Assembly: GCA_030390025.1 (NCBI GenBank)
Contig: JASTWF010000348.1
Location: 248,001-312,000 of the forward strand
Direction of reading: 5' to 3'
From: Squalus acanthias
Lineage: Eukaryota
Length of the DNA: 64,000 bases
Positions 35,101 through 50,100 of this stretch are shown here, in pieces. Under the pieces are notes generated by a model. It saw only the letters and a program-made list of their open reading frames with translations, ran no database searches and was not told the origin of the DNA. The position numbers and the translations under genes were made by a program. The first letter of the stretch is position 1, and each line of letters opens with the position of its first letter.

Positions 35101-38100
35101 CTCCTGTGTGACTCGGTGTCTCTGGTGTGACTCCTGTGTGACTCGGTGTCCCTGGTGTGACTCCTGTGTGACTCGGTGTCTGTGGTGTGACTCCTGTGTG
35201 ACTCGGTGTCTGTGGTGTGTCTCCTGTGTGACTCGGTGTCCTGGTGTGACTCCTGTGTGACTCGGTGTCCCTGGTGTGACTCCTGGTGACTCGGTGTCTC
35301 GGTGTGACTCCTGTGTGACTCGGTGTCTGTGGTGTGACTCCTGTGTGACTCGGTGTCTCCCCGGTGTGACTCCTGTGTGACTCGGTGTCTGTGGTGTGAC
35401 TCCTGTGTGACTCGGTGTCTGTGGTGTGACTCCTGTGTGACTCGGTGTCTGTGGTTGTGACTCCTGTGTGACTCGGTGTCTGTGGTGTGACTCCTGTGTG
35501 ACTCGGTGTCTCTGGTGTGACTCCTGTGTGACTCGGTGTCCCTGGTGTGACTCCTGTGTGACTCGGTGTCTGTGGTGTGACTCCTGTGTGACTCGGTGTC
35601 CCTGGTGTGACTCCTGTGTGACTCGGTGTCTGTGGTGTGACTCGGTGTCTCTGGTGTGACTCCTGTGTGACTCGGTGTCTGTGGTGTGACTCCTGTGTGA
35701 CTCGCTGACTCCGGTTGTGACTCCTGTGTGACTCGGTGTCTCCGGTGTGACTCCTGTGTGACTCGGTGTCTGTGGTGTGACTCCTGTGTGACTCGGTGTC
35801 TGTGGTGTGACTCCTGTGTGACTCGGTGTCTCTGGTGTGACTCCTGTGTGACTCGCTGTCTGTGGTGTGACTCCTGTGTGACTCGGTGTCTGTGGTGTGA
35901 CTCCTGTGTGACTCGGTGTCTGTGGTGTGACTCCTGTGTGACTCGGTGTCTGTGGTGTGACTCCTGTGTGACTCGGTGTCTGTGGTGTTACTCCTGTGTG
36001 ACTCGGTGTCTGTGGTGTGACTCCTGTGTGACTCGGTGTCTGTGGTGTGACTCCTGTGTGACTCGGTGTCTGTGGTGTGACTCTGTGTGACTCGGTGTCC
36101 CTGGTGGGACTCCTGTGTGACTCGGTGTGACTCCTGTGTGACTCGGTGTCTGTGGTGTGACTCCTGTGTGACTCGGTGTCTGTGGTGTGACTCCTGTGTG
36201 ACTCGGTGTCTGTGGTGTGACTCCTGTGTGACTCGGTGTCTGTGGTGTTACTCCTGTGTGACTCGGTGTCTGTGGTGTGACTCCTGTGTGACTCGGTGTC
36301 TGTGGTGTGACTCCTGTGTGACTCGGTGTCTGTGGTGTGACTCCTGTGTGACTCGGTGTCCCTGGTGGGACTCCTGTGTGACTCGGTGTGACTCCTGTGT
36401 GACTCGGTGTCTGTGGTGTGACTCCTGTGTGACTCGGTGACTCCGGTGTGACTCCTGTGTGACTCGGTGTCTCCGGTTGTGACTCCTGTGTGACTCGGTG
36501 TCTGTGGTGTGACTCCTGTGTGACTCGGTGTCTGTGGTGTGACTCCTGTGTGACTCGGTGTCTCTGGTGTGACTCCTGTGTGACTCGCTGTCTGTGGTGT
36601 GACTCCTGTGTGACTCGGTGTCTGTGGTGTGACTCCTGTGTGACTCGGTGTCTCCGGTGTGACTCCTGTGTGACTCGGTGTCTGTGGTGTGACTCCTGTG
36701 TGACTCGGTGTCTCCCCGGTGTGACTCCTGTGTGACTCGGTGTCTGTGGTGTGACTCCTGTGTGACTCGGTGTCTGTGGTGTGACTCCTGTGTGACTCGG
36801 TGTCTGTGGTGTGACTCCTGTGTGACTCGGTGTCTGTGGTGTGACTCCTGTGTGACTCGGTGTCTCTGGTGTGACTCCTGTGTGACTCGGTGTCCCTGGT
36901 GTGACTCCTGTGTGACTCGGTGTCTGTGGTGTGACTCCTGTGTGACTCGGTGTCCCTGGTGTGACTCCTGTGTGACTCGGTGTCTGTGGTGTGACTCGGT
37001 GTCTCTGGTGTGACTCCTGTGTGACTCGGTGTCTGTGGTGTGACTCCTGTGTGACTCGGTGACTCCGGTGTGACTCCTGTGTGACTCGGTGTCTCCGGTG
37101 TGACTCCTGTGTGACTCGGTGTCTGTGGTGTGACTCCTGTGTGACTCGGTGTCTGTGGTGTGACTCCTGTGTGACTCGGTGTCTCTGGTGTGACTCCTGT
37201 GTGACTCGCTGTCTGTGGTGTGACTCCTGTGTGACTCGGTGTCTGTGGTGTGACTCCTGTGTGACTCGGTGTCTGTGGTGTGACTCCTGTGTGACTCGGT
37301 GTCTGTGGTGTGACTCCTGTGTGACTCGGTGTCTGTGGTGTTACTCCTGTGTGACTCGGTGTCTGTGGTGTGACTCCTGTGTGACTCGGTGTCTGTGGTG
37401 TGACTCCTGTGTGACTCGGTGTCTGTGGTGTGACTCCTGTGTGACTCGGTGTCCTGGTGGGACTCCTGTGTGACTCGGTGTGACTCCTGTGTGACTCGGT
37501 GTCTGTGGTGTGACTCCTGTGTGACTCGGTGTCTGTGGTGTGACTCCTGTGTGACTCGGTGTCTGTGGTGTGACTCCTGTGTGACTCGGTGTCTGTGGTG
37601 TTACTCCTGTGTGACTCGGTGTCTGTGGTGTGACTCCTGTGTGACTCGGTGTCTGTGGTGTGACTCCTGTGTGACTCGGTGTCTGTGGTGTGACTCCTGT
37701 GTGACTCGGTGTCCCTGGTGGGACTCCTGTGTGACTCGGTGTGACTCCTGTGTGACTCGGTGTCTGTGGTGTGACTCCTGTGTGACTCGGTGACTCCGGT
37801 GTGACTCCTGTGTGACTCGGTGTCTCCGGTGTGACTCCTGTGTGACTCGGTGTCTGTGGTGTGACTCCTGTGTGACTCGGTGTCTGTGGTGTGACTCCTG
37901 TGTGACTCGGTGTCTCTGGTGTGACTCCTGTGTGACTCGCTGTCTGTGGTGTGACTCCTGTGTGACTCGGTGTCTGTGGTGTGACTCCTGTGTGACTCGG
38001 TGTCTGTGGTGTGACTCCTGTGTGACTCGGTGTCTGTGGTGTGACTCCTGTGTGACTCGGTGTCTGTGGTGTTACTCCTGTGTGACTCGGTGTCTGTGGT

Positions 38101-41100
38101 GTGACTCCTGTGTGACTCGGTGTCTGTGGTGTGACTCCTGTGTGACTCGGTGTCTGTGGTGTGACTCCTGTGTGACTGGTGTCCCTGGTGGGACTCCTGT
38201 GTGACTCGGTGTGACTCCTGTGTGACTCGGGGTCCCTGGTGTGACTCCTATGTGACTCGGTGTCTGTGGTGTGACTCCTGTGTGACTCGGTGTCTGTGTG
38301 TGTCTCCGGTGTGACTCCTGTGTGACTCGGTGTCTGTGGTGTGACTCCTGTGTGACTCGGTGTCCCCGGTGTGACTCCTGTGTGACTCGGTGTCTCTGGG
38401 TGTGACTCCTGTGTGACTCGGTGTCTGTGGTGTGACTCCTGTGTGACTCGGTGTCCCTGGTGTGACTCCTGTGTGACTCGGTGTCTGTGGTGTGACTCCT
38501 GTGTGACTCGGTGTCTGTGGTGTGTCTCCGGTGTGACTCCTGTGTGACTCGGTGTCTGTGGTGTGACTCGGTGTCTGTGGTGTGACTCCTGTGTGACTCG
38601 GTGTCCCTGGTGTGACTCCTGTGTGACTCGGTGTCTCTGGTGTGACTCCTGTGTGACTCGGTGTCTCTGGTGTGACTCCTGTGTGACTCGGTGTCTGTGG
38701 TGTGACTCCTGTGTGATTCGGTGTCTCCGGTGTGACTCCTGTGTGACTCGGTGTCTGTGGTGTGACTCCTGTGTGACTGGGTGTCCTCTGGTGTGACTCC
38801 TGTGTGACTCGGTGTCTGTGGTGTGACTCCTGTGTGATTCGGTGTCTGTGGTGTGACTCCTGTGTGACTCGGTGTCCCCGGTGTGACTCCTGTGTGACTC
38901 GGTGTCTGTGGTGTGACTCCTGTGTGACTCGGTGTCTGTGGTGTGTCTCCTGTGTGACTCGGTGTCTCTGGTGTGACTCCTGTGTGACTCGGTGTCTCCG
39001 GTGTGACTCCTGTGTGAATCGGTGTCTGTGGTGTGACTCCTGTGTGGACTCGGTGTCTGTGGTGTGACTCCTGTGTGACTCGGTGTCTGTGGTGTGACTC
39101 CTGTGTGACTCGGTGTCTGTGGTGTGACTCCTGTGTGACTCGGTGTCTGTGGTGTGACTCCTGTGTGACTCGGTGTCTCTGGTGTGACTCCCGTGTGACT
39201 CGATGTCTCTGGTGTGACTCCTGTGTGACTCGGTGTCTCTGGTGTGACTCCTGTGTGACTCGCTGTCTGTGGTGTGACTCCTGTGTGACTCGGTGTCTGT
39301 GGTGTGACTCCTGTGTGACTCGGTGTCTGTGGTGTGACTCCTGTGTGACTCGGTGTCTGTGGTGTGACTCCTGTGTGACTCGGTGTCTGTGGTGTTACTC
39401 CTGTGTGACTCGGTGTCTGTGGTGTGACTCCTGTGTGACTCGGTGTCTGTGGTGTGACTCCTGTGTGACTCGGTGTCTGTGGTGTGACTCCTGTGTGACT
39501 CGGTGTCCCTGGTGGGACTCCTGTGTGACTCGGTGTGACTCCTGTGTGACTCGGTGTCTGTGGTGTGACTCCTGTGTGACTCGGTGTCCCTGGTGTGACT
39601 CCTGTGTGACTCGATGTCTGTGGTGTGACTCCTGTGTGACTCGGGGTCCCTGGTGTGACTCCTATGTGACTCGGTGTCTGTGGTGTGACTCCTGTGTGAC
39701 TCGGTGTCTGTGGTGTGTCTCCGGTGTGACTCCTGTGTGACTCGGTGTCTGTGGTGTGACTCCTGTGTGACTCGGTGTCCCCGGTGTGACTCCTGTGTGA
39801 CTCGGTGTCTCTGGTGTGACTCCTGTGTGACTCGGTGTCTGTGGTGTGACTCCTGTGTGACTCGGTGTCCCTGGTGTGACTCCTGTGTGACTCGGTGTCT
39901 GTGGTGTGACTCCTGTGTGACTCGGTGTCTGTGGTGTGTCTCCGGTGTGACTCCTGTGTGACTCGGTGTCTGTGGTGTGACTCCTGTGTGACTCGGTTGT
40001 CTCTGGTGTGACTCCTGTGTGACTCGGTGTCTGTGGTGTGACTCCTGTGTGACTCGGTGTCTCTGGTGTGACTCCTGTGTGACTCGGTGTCTCTGGTGTG
40101 ACTCCTGTGTGACTCGGTGTCTGTGGTGTGACTCCTGTGTGACTCGATGTCTCTGGTGTGACTCCTGTGTGACTCGGTGTCTCTGGTGTGACTCCTGTGT
40201 GACTCGGTGTCTGTGGTGTGACTCCTGTGTGACTCGGTGTCTGTGGTGTGACTCCTGTGTGACTCGGTGTCTGTGGTGTGACTCCTGTGTGACTCGGTGT
40301 CTGTGGTGTGACTCCTGTGTGACTCGGTGTCTCCGGTGTGACTCCTGTGTGGCTCGGTGTCTGTGGTGTGACTCCTGTGTGACTCGGTGTCTGTGGTGTG
40401 ACTCCTGTGTGACTCGGTGTCTGTGGTGTGACTCCTGTGTGACTCGGTGTCTGTGGTGTGACTCCTGTGTGACTCGGTGTCTCTGGTGTGACTCCTGTGT
40501 GACTCGGTGTCTCTGGTGTGACTCCTGTGTGACTCGGTATCTCTGGTGTGACTCCTGTGTGACTCGGTGTCCCCGGTGTGAATCATGTGTGACTCGGTGT
40601 CTGTGGTGTGACTCCTGTGTGACTCGGTGTCCCTGGTGTGACTCCTGTGTGACTCGGTGTCTGTGGTGTGACTCGGTGTCTGTGGTGTGACTCCTGTGTG
40701 ACTCGGTGTCCCTGGTGTGACTCCTGTGTGACTCGGTGTCTCTGGTGTGACTCCTGTGTGACTCGGTGTCTCTGGTGTGACTCCTGTGTGACTCGGTGTC
40801 TGTGGTGTGACTCCTGTGTGATTCGGTGTCTCCGGTGTGACTCCTGTGTGACTCGGTGTCTGTGGTGTGACTCCTGTGTGACTGGGTGTCTCTGGTGTGA
40901 CTCCTGTGTGACTCGGTGTCTGTGGTGTGACTCCTGTGTGATTCGGTGTCTGTGGTGTGACTCCTGTGTGACTCGGTGTCCCCGGTGTGACTCCTGTGTG
41001 ACTCGGTGTCTGTGGTGTGACTCCTGTGTGACTCGGTGTCTGTGGTGTGTCTCCTGTGTGACTCGGTGTCTCTGGTGTGACTCCTGTGTGACTCGGTGTC

Positions 41101-44100
41101 TCCGGTGTGACTCCTGTGTGAATCGGTGTCTGTGGTGTGACTCCTGTGTGACTCGGTGTCTGTGGTGTGACTCCTGTGTGACTCGGTGTCTGTGGTGTGA
41201 CTCCTGTGTGACTCGGTGTCTGTGGTGTGACTCCTGTGTGACTCGGTGTCTGTGGTGTGACTCCTGTGTGACTCGGTGTCTCTGGTGTGACTCCCGTGTG
41301 ACTCGATGTCTCTGGTGTGACTCCTGTGTGACTCGGTGTCTGTGGTGTGACTCCTGTGTGACTCGGTGTCTGTGGTGTGACTCCTGTGTGACTCGGTGTC
41401 TGTGGTGTGACTCCTGTGTGACTCGGTGTCTGTGGTGTGACTCCTGTGTGACTCGGTGTCTCTGGTGTGACTCCTGTGTGACTCGGTGTCCTGGTGTGAC
41501 TCCTGTGTGACTCGGTGTCTGTGGTGTGACTCCTGTGTGACTCGGTGTCTGTGGTGTGACTCCTGTGTGACTCGGTGTCCCTGGTGTGACTCCTGTGTGA
41601 CTCGGTGTCCCTGGTGTGACTCCTGTGTGACTCGGTGTCTCCGGTGTGACTCCTGTGTGACTCGGTGTCTGTGGTGTGACTCCTGTGTGACTCGGTGTCT
41701 CCCCGGTGTGACTGCTGTGTGACTCGGTGTCTGTGGTGTGACTCCTGTGTGACTCGGTGTCTGTGGTGTGACTCCTGTGTGACTCGGTGTCTGTGGTGTG
41801 ACTCCTGTGTGACTCGGTGTCTGTGGTGTGACTCCTGTGTGACTCGGTGTCCGTGGTGTGACTCCTGTGTGACTCGGTGTCTGTGGTGTGACTCCTGTGT
41901 GACTCCTGTGTCTGTGGTGTGACTCCTGTGTGACTCTGTGTCTGTGGTGTGACTCCTGTGTGACTCGGTGTCTGTGGTGTGACTCCTGTGTGACTCGGTG
42001 TCCCTGGTGTGACTCCTGTGTGACTCGGTGTCTGTGGTGTGACTCCTGTGTGACTCAGTGTCTGTGGTGTGACTCCTGTGTGACTCGGTGTCTCTGGTGT
42101 GACTCCTGTGTGACTCGGTGTCCCTGGTGTGACTCCTGTGTGACTCGGTGTCTGTGGTGTGACTCCTGTGTGACTCGGTGTCCCTGGTGTGACTCCTGTG
42201 TGACTCGGTGTCTGTGGTGTGACTCGGTGTCTCTGGTGTGACTCCTGTGTGACTCGGTGTCTGTGGTGTGACTCCTCTGTGACTCGGTGACTCCGGTGTG
42301 ACTCCTGTGTGACTCGGTGTCTCCGGTGTGACTCCTGTGTGACTCGGTGTCTCTGGTGTGACTCCTGTGTGACTCGCTGTCTGTGGTGTGACTCCTGTGT
42401 GACTCGGTGTCTGTGGTGTGACTCCTGTGTGACTCGGTGTCTGTGGTGTGACTCCTGTGTGACTCGGTGTCTGTGGTGTGACTCCTGTGTGACTCGGTGT
42501 CTGTGGTGTTACTCCTGTGTGACTCGGTGTCTGTTGTGTGACTCCTGTGTGACTCGGTGTCTGTGGTGTGACTCCTGTGTGACTCGGTGTCTGTGGTGTG
42601 ACTCCTGTGTGACTCGTGTCTGTGGTGTGACTCCTGTGTGACTCGGTGTCTGTGGTGTGACTCCTGTGTGACTCGGTGTCTCTGGTGTGACTCCCGTGTG
42701 ACTCGATGTCTCTGGTGTGACTCCTGTGTGACTCGGTGTCTGTGGTGTGACTCCTGTGTGACTCGGTGTCTGTGGTGTGACTCCTGTGTGACTCGGTGTC
42801 TGTGGTGTGACTCCTGTGTGACTCGGTGTCTGTGGTGTGACTCCTGTGTGACTCGGTGTCTCTGGTGTGACTCCTGTGTGACTCGGTGTCCCTGGTGTGA
42901 CTCCTGTGTGACTCGGTGTCCTGGTGTGACTCCTGTGTGACTCGGTGTCTCCGGTGTGACTCCTGTGTGACTCGGTGTCCCTGGTGTGACTCCTGTGTGA
43001 CTCGGTGTCCCTGGTGTGACTCCTGTGTGACTCGGTGTCAGTGGTGGTGACTCGGTGTCTCTGGTGTGACTCCTGTGTGACTCGGTGGCTGTGGTGTGAC
43101 TCCTGTGTGACTCGGTGTCTCCGGTGTGACTCCTGTGTGACTCGGTGTCTCCGGTGTGACTCCTGTGTGACTCGGTGTCTCCGGTGTGACTCCTGTGTGA
43201 CTCGGTGTCTGTGGTGTGACTCCTGTGTGACTCGGTGACTCTGGTGTGACTCCTGTGTGACTTGGTGTCTGTGGTGTGACTCCTGTGTGACTCGGTGTCT
43301 GTGGTGTGACTCCTGTGTGACTCGGTGTCTCTGGTGTGACTCCTGTGTGACTCGGTGTCTCTGGTGTGACTCCTGTGTGACTCGGTGTCTGTGGTGTGAC
43401 TCCTGTGTGACTCGGTGTCTGTGGTGTGACTCCTGTGTGACTCGGTGTCTGTGGTGTGACTCCTGTGTGACTCGGTGTCTGTGGTGTGTCTCCTGTGTGA
43501 CTCGGTGTCTCTGGTGTGACTTCCTGTGTGACTCGGTGTCTCGGTGTGACTCCTGTGTGAATCGGTGTCTGTGGTGTGACTCCTGTGTGACTCGGTGTCT
43601 GTGGTGTGACTCCTGTGTGACTCGGTGTCTGTGGTGTGACTCCTGTGTGACTCGGTGTCTGTGGTGTGACTCCTGTGTGACTCGGTGTCTGTGGTGTGAC
43701 TCCTGTGTGACTCGGTGTCTCTGGTGTGACTCCCGTGTGACTCGATGTCTCTGGTGTGACTCCTGTGTGACTCGGTGTCTGTGGTGTGACTCCTGTGTGA
43801 CTCGGTGTGTCTGTGGTGTGACTCCTGTGTGACTCGTGTCTGTGGTGTGACTCCTGTGTGACTCGGTGTCTGTGGTGTGACTCCTGTGTGACTCGGTGTC
43901 TCTGGTGTGACTCCTGTGTGACTCGGTTTGTCCCTGGTGTGACTCCTGTGTGACTCCGGTGTCTGTGGTGTGACTCCTGTGTGACTCGGTGTCTGTGTGT
44001 GTGACTCCTGTGTGACTCGGTGTCCCTGGTTTGACTCCTGTGTGACTCGGTGTCCCTGGTGTGACTCCTGTGTGACTCGGTGTCTCCGGTGTGACTCCTG

Positions 44101-47100
44101 TGTGACTCGGTGTCTGTGGTGTGACTCCTGGTGTGACTCGGTGTCTCCCCGGTGTGACTCCTGTGTGACTCGGTGTCTGTGGTGTGACTCCTGTGTGACA
44201 CGGTGTCTGTGGTGTGACTCCTGTGTGACTCGGTGTCTGTGGTGTGACTCCTGTGTGACTCGGTGTCTGTGGTGTGACTCCTGTGTGACTCGGTGTCTCT
44301 GGTGTGACTCCTGTGTGACTCGGTGTCCCTGGTGTGACTCCTGTGTGACTCGGTGTCTGTGGTGTGACTCCTGTGTGACTCGGTGTCCCTGGTGTGACTC
44401 CTGTGTGACTCGGTGTCTGTGGTGTGACTCGGTGTCTCTGGTGTGACTCCTGAGTGACTCGGTGTCTGTGGTGTGACTCCTGTGTGACTCGGTGACTCCG
44501 GTGTGACTCCTGTGTGACTCGGTGTCTCCGGTGTGACTCCTGTGTGACTCGGTGTCTGTGGTGTGACTCCTGTGTGACTCGGTGTCTGTGGTGTGACTCC
44601 TGTGTGACTCGGTGTCTCTGGTGTGACTCCTGTGTGACTCGCTGTCTGTGGTGTGACTCCTGTGTGACTCGGTGTCTGTGGTGTGACTCCTGTGTGACTC
44701 GGTGTCTGTGGTGTGACTCCTGTGTGACTCGGTGTCTGTGGTGTGACTCCTGTGTGACTCGGTGTCTGTGGTGTTACTCCTGTGTGACTCGGTGTCTGTG
44801 GTGTGACTCCTGTGTGACTCGGTGTCTGTGGTGTGACTCCTGTGTGACTCGGTGTCTGTGGTGTGACTCCTGTGTGACTCGGTGTCCCTGGTGGGACTCC
44901 TGTGTGACTCGGTTGTGACTCCTGTGTGACTCGGTGTCTGTGGTGTGACTCCTGTGTGACTCGGTGTCCTGTGGTGTGACTCCTGTGTGACTCGGTGTCT
45001 GTGGTGTGACTCCTGTGTGACTCGGTGTCTGTGGTGTTACTCCTGTGTGACTCGGTGTCTGTGGTGTGACTCCTGTGTGACTCGGTGTCTGTGGTGTGAC
45101 TCCTGTGTGACTCGGTGTCTGTGGTGTGACTCCTGTGTGACTCGGTGTCCCTGGTGGGACTCCTGTGTGACTCGGTGTGACTCCTGTGTGACTCGGTGTC
45201 TGTGGTGTGACTCCTGTGTGACTCGGTGACTCCGGTGTGACTCCTGTGTGACTCGGTGTCTCGGTGTGACTCCTGTGTGACTCGGTGTCTGTGGTGTGAC
45301 TCCTGTGTGACTCGGTGTCTGTGGTGTGACTCCTGTGTGACTCGGTGTCTCTGGTGTGACTCCTGTGTGACTCGCTGTCTGTGGTGTGACTCCTGTGTGA
45401 CTCGGTGTCTGTGGTGTGACTCCTGTGTGACTCGGTGTCTCCGGTGTGACTCCTGTGTGACTCGGTGTCTGTGGTGTGGACTCCTGTGTGACTCGGTGTC
45501 TCCCGGTGTGACTCCTGTGTGACTCGGTGTCTGTGGTGTGACTCCTGTGTGACTCGGTGTCTGTGGTGTGACTCCTGTGTGACTCGGTGTCTGTGGTGTG
45601 ACTCCTGTGTGACTCGGTGTCTCTGTGGTGTGACTCCTGTGTGACTCGGTGTCTCTGGTGTGACTCCTGTGTGACTCGGTGTCCCTGGTGTGACTCCTGT
45701 GTGACTCGGTGTCTGTGGTGTGACTCCTGTGTGACTCGGTGTCCCTGGTGTGACTCCTGTGTGACTCGGTGTCTGTGGTGTGACTCGTGTCTCGTGGTGT
45801 GACTCCTGTGTGACTCGGTGTCTGTGGTGTGACTCCTGTGTGACTCGGTGACTCCGGTGTGACTCCTGTGTGACTCGGTGTCTCCGGTGTGACTCCTGTG
45901 TGACTCGGTGTCTGTGGTGTGACTCCTGTGTGACTCGGTGTCTGTGGTGTGACTCCTGTGTGACTCGGTGTCTCTGGTGTGACTCCTGTGTGACTCGCTG
46001 TCTGTGGTGTGACTCCTGTGTGACTCGGTGTCTGTGGTGTGACTCCTGTGTGACTCGGTGTCTGTGGTGTGACTCCTGTGTGACTCGGTGTCTGTGGTGT
46101 GACTCCTGTGTGACTCGGTGTCTGTGGTGTTACTCCTGTGTGACTCGGTGTCTGTGGTGTGACTCCTGTGTGACTCGGTGTCTGTGGTGTGACTCCTGTG
46201 TGACTCGGTGTCTGTGGTGTGGACTCCTGTGTGACTCGGTGTCCCTGGTGGGACTCCTGTGTGACTCGGTGTGACTCCTGTGTGACTCGTGTCTGTGGTG
46301 TGACTCCTGTGTGACTCGGTGTCTGTGGTGTGACTCCTGTGTGACTCGGTGTCTGTGGTGTGACTCCTGTGTGACTCGGTGTCTGTGGTGTTACTCCTGT
46401 GTGACTCGGTGTCTGTGGTGTGACTCCTGTGTGACTCGGTGTCTGTGGTGTGACTCCTGTGTGACTCGGTGTCTGTGGTGTGACTCCTGTGTGACTCGGT
46501 GTCCCTGGTGGGACTCCTGTGTGACTCGGTGTGACTCCTGTGTGACTCGGTGTCTGTGGTGTGACTCCTGTGTGACTCGGTGACTCCGGTGTGACTCCTG
46601 TGTGACTCGGTGTCTCCGGTGTGACTCCTGTGTGACTCGGTGTCTGTGGTGTGACTCCTGTGTGACTCGGTGTCTGTGGTGTGACTCCTGTGTGACTCGG
46701 TGTCTCTGGTGTGACTCCTGTGTGACTCGCTGTCTGTGGTGTGACTCCTGTGTGACTCGGTGTCTGTGGTGTGACTCCTGTGTGACTCGGTGTCTGTGGT
46801 GTGACTCCTGTGTGACTCGGTGTCTGTGGTGTGACTCCTGTGTGACTCGGTGTCTGTGGTGTTACTCCTGTGTGACTCGGTGTCTGTGGTGTGACTCCTG
46901 TGTGACTCGGTGTCTGTGGTGTGACTCCTGTGTGACTCGGTGTCTGTGGTGTGACTCCTGTGTGACTCGGTGTCCCTGGTGGGACTCCTGTGTGACTCGG
47001 TGTGACTCCTGTGTGACTCGGGGTCCCTGGTGTGACTCCTATGTGACTCGGTGTCTGTGGTGTGACTCCTGTGTGACTCGGTGTCTGTGGTGTGTCTCCG

Positions 47101-50100
47101 GTGTGACTCCTGTGTGACTCGGTGTCTGTGGTGTGACTCCTGTGTGACTCGGTGTCCCCGGTGTGACTCCTGTGTGACTCGGTGTCTCTGGTGTGACTCC
47201 TGTGTGACTCGGTGTCTGTGGTGTGACTCCTGTGTGACTCGGTGTCCCTGGTGTGACTCCTGTGTGACTCGGTGTCTGTGGTGTGACTCCTGTGTGACTC
47301 GGTGTCTGTGGTGTGTCTCCGGTGTGACTCCTGTGTGACTCGGTGTCTGTGGTGTGACTCCTGTGTGACTCGGTGTCTCTGGTGTGACTCCTGTGTGACT
47401 CGGTGTCTGTGGTGTGACTCCTGTGTGACTCGGTGTCTCTGGTGTGACTCCTGTGTGACTCGGTGTCTCTGGTGTGACTCCTGTGTGACTCGGTGTCTGT
47501 GGTGTGACTCCTGTGTGACTCGATGTCTCTGGTGTGACTCCTGTGTGACTCGGTGTCTCTGGTGTGACTCCTGTGTGACTCGGTGTCTGTGGTGTGACTC
47601 CTGTGTGACTCGGTGTCTGTGGTGTGACTCCTGTGTGACTCGGTGTCTGTGGTGTGACTCCTGTGTGACTCGGTGTCTGTGGTGTGACTCCTGTGTGACT
47701 CGGTGTCTCCGGTGTGACTCCTGTGTGGCTCGGTGTCTGTGGTGTGACTCCTGTGTGACTCGGTGTCTGTGGTGTGACTCCTGTGTGACTCGGTGTCTGT
47801 GGTGTGACTCCTGTGTGACTCGGTGTCTGTGGTGTGACTCCTGTGTGACTCGGTGTCTCTGGTGTGACTCCTGTGTGACTCGGTGTCTCTGGTGTGACTC
47901 CTGTGTGACTCGGTATCTCTGGTGTGACTCCTGTGTGACTCGGTGTCCCCGGTGTGAATCATGTGTGACTCGGTGTCTGTGGTGTGACTCCTGTGTGACT
48001 CGGTGTCCCTGGTGTGACTCCTGTGTGACTCGGTGTCTGTGGTGTGACTCGGTGTCTGTGGTGTGACTCCTGTGTGACTCGGTGTCCCTGGTGTGACTCC
48101 TGTGTGACTCGGTGTCTCTGGTGTGACTCCTGTGTGACTCGGTGTCTCTGGTGTGACTCCTGTGTGACTCGGTGTCTGTGGTGTGACTCCTGTGTGATTC
48201 GGTGTCTCCGTGTGACTCCTGTGTGACTCGGTGTCTGTGGTGTGACTCCTGTGTGACTGGGTGTCTCTGGTGTGACTCCTGTGTGACTCGGTGTCTGTGG
48301 TGTGACTCCTGTGTGATTCGGTGTCTGTGGTGTGACTCCTGTGTGACTCGGTGTCCCCGGTGTGACTCCTGTGTGACTCGGTGTCTGTGGTGTGACTCCT
48401 GTGTGACTCGGTGTCTGTGGTGTGTCTCCTGTGTGACTCGGTGTCTCTGGTGTGACTCCTGTGTGACTCGGTGTCTCCGGTGTGACTCCTGTGTGAATCG
48501 GTGTCTGTGGTGTGACTCCTGTGTGACTCGGTGTCTGTGGTGTGACTCCTGTGTGACTCGGTGTCTGTGGTGTGACTCCTGTGTGACTCGGTGTCTGTGG
48601 TGTGACTCCTGTGTGACTCGGTGTCTGTGGTGTGACTCCTGTGTGACTCGGTGTCTCTGGTGTGACTCCCGTGTGACTCGATGTCTCTGGTGTGACTCCT
48701 GTGTGACTCGGTGTCTGTGGTGTGACTCCTGTGTGACTCGGTGTCTGTGGTGTGACTCCTGTGTGACTCGGTGTCTGTGGTGTGACTCCTGTGTGACTCG
48801 GTGTCTGTGGTGTGACTCCTGTGTGACTCGGTGTCTGTGGTGTGACTCCTGTGTGACTCGGTGTCTGTGGTGTTACTCCTGTGTGACTCGGTGTCTGTGG
48901 TGTGACTCCTGTGTGACTCGGTGTCTGTGGTGTGACTCCTGTGTGACTCGGTGTCTGTGGTGTGACTCCTGTGTGACTCGGTGTCCCTGGTGGGACTCCT
49001 GTGTGACTCGGTGTGACTCCTGTGTGACTCGGTGTCTGTGGTGTGACTCCTGTGTGACTCGGTGTCCCTGGTGTGACTCCTGTGTGACTCGATGTCTGTG
49101 GTGTGACTCCTGTGTGACTTGGGGTCCCTGGTGTGACTCCTATGTGACTCCGTGTCTGTGGTGTGACTCCTGTGTGACTCGGTGTCTGTGGTGTGTCTCC
49201 GGTGTGACTCCTGTGTGACTCGGTGTCTGTGGTGTGACTCCTGTGTGACTCGGTGTCCCCGGTGTGACTCCTGTGTGACTCGGTGTCTCTGGTGTGACTC
49301 CTGTGTGACTCGGTGTCTGTGGTGTGACTCCTGTGTGACTCGGTGTCCCTGGTGTGACTCCTGTGTGACTCGGTGTCTGTGGTGTGACTCCTGTGTGACT
49401 CGGTGTCTGTGGTGTGTCTCCGGTGTGACTCCTGTGTGACTCGGTGTCTGTGGTGTGACTCCTGTGTGACTCGGTGTCTCTGGTGTGACTCCTGTGTGAC
49501 TCGGTGTCTGTGGTGTGACTCCTGTGTGACTCGGTGTCTCTGGTGTGACTCCTGTGTGACTCGGTGTCTGTGGTGTGACTCCTGTGTGACTCGGTGTCTC
49601 TGGTGTGACTCCTGTGTGACTCGGTGTCTGTGGTGTGACTCCTGTGTGACTCGATGTCTCTGGTGTGACTCCTGTGTGACTCGGTGTCTCTGGTGTGACT
49701 CCTGTGTGACTCGGTGTCTGTGGTGTGACTCCTGTGTGACTCGGTGTCTGTGGTGTGACTCCTGTGTGACTCGGTGTCTGTGGTGTGACTCCTGTGTGAC
49801 TCGGTGTCTGTGGTGTGACTCCTGTGTGACTCGGTGTCTCCGGTGTGACTCCTGTGTGACTCGGTGTCTCGTGGTGACTCCTGTGTGACTCGGTGTCTGT
49901 GGGTGACTCCTGGTGTGACTCGGTGTCTGTGGTGTGACTCCTGTGTGACTCGGTGTCTGTGGTGTGACTCCTGTGTGACTCGGTGTCTCTGGTGTGACTC
50001 CTGTGTGACTCGGTGTCTCTGGTGTGACTCCTGTGTGACTCGGTGTCTCTGGTGTGACTCCTGTGTGACTCGGTGGTCCCTGGTGTGACTCCTGTGTGAC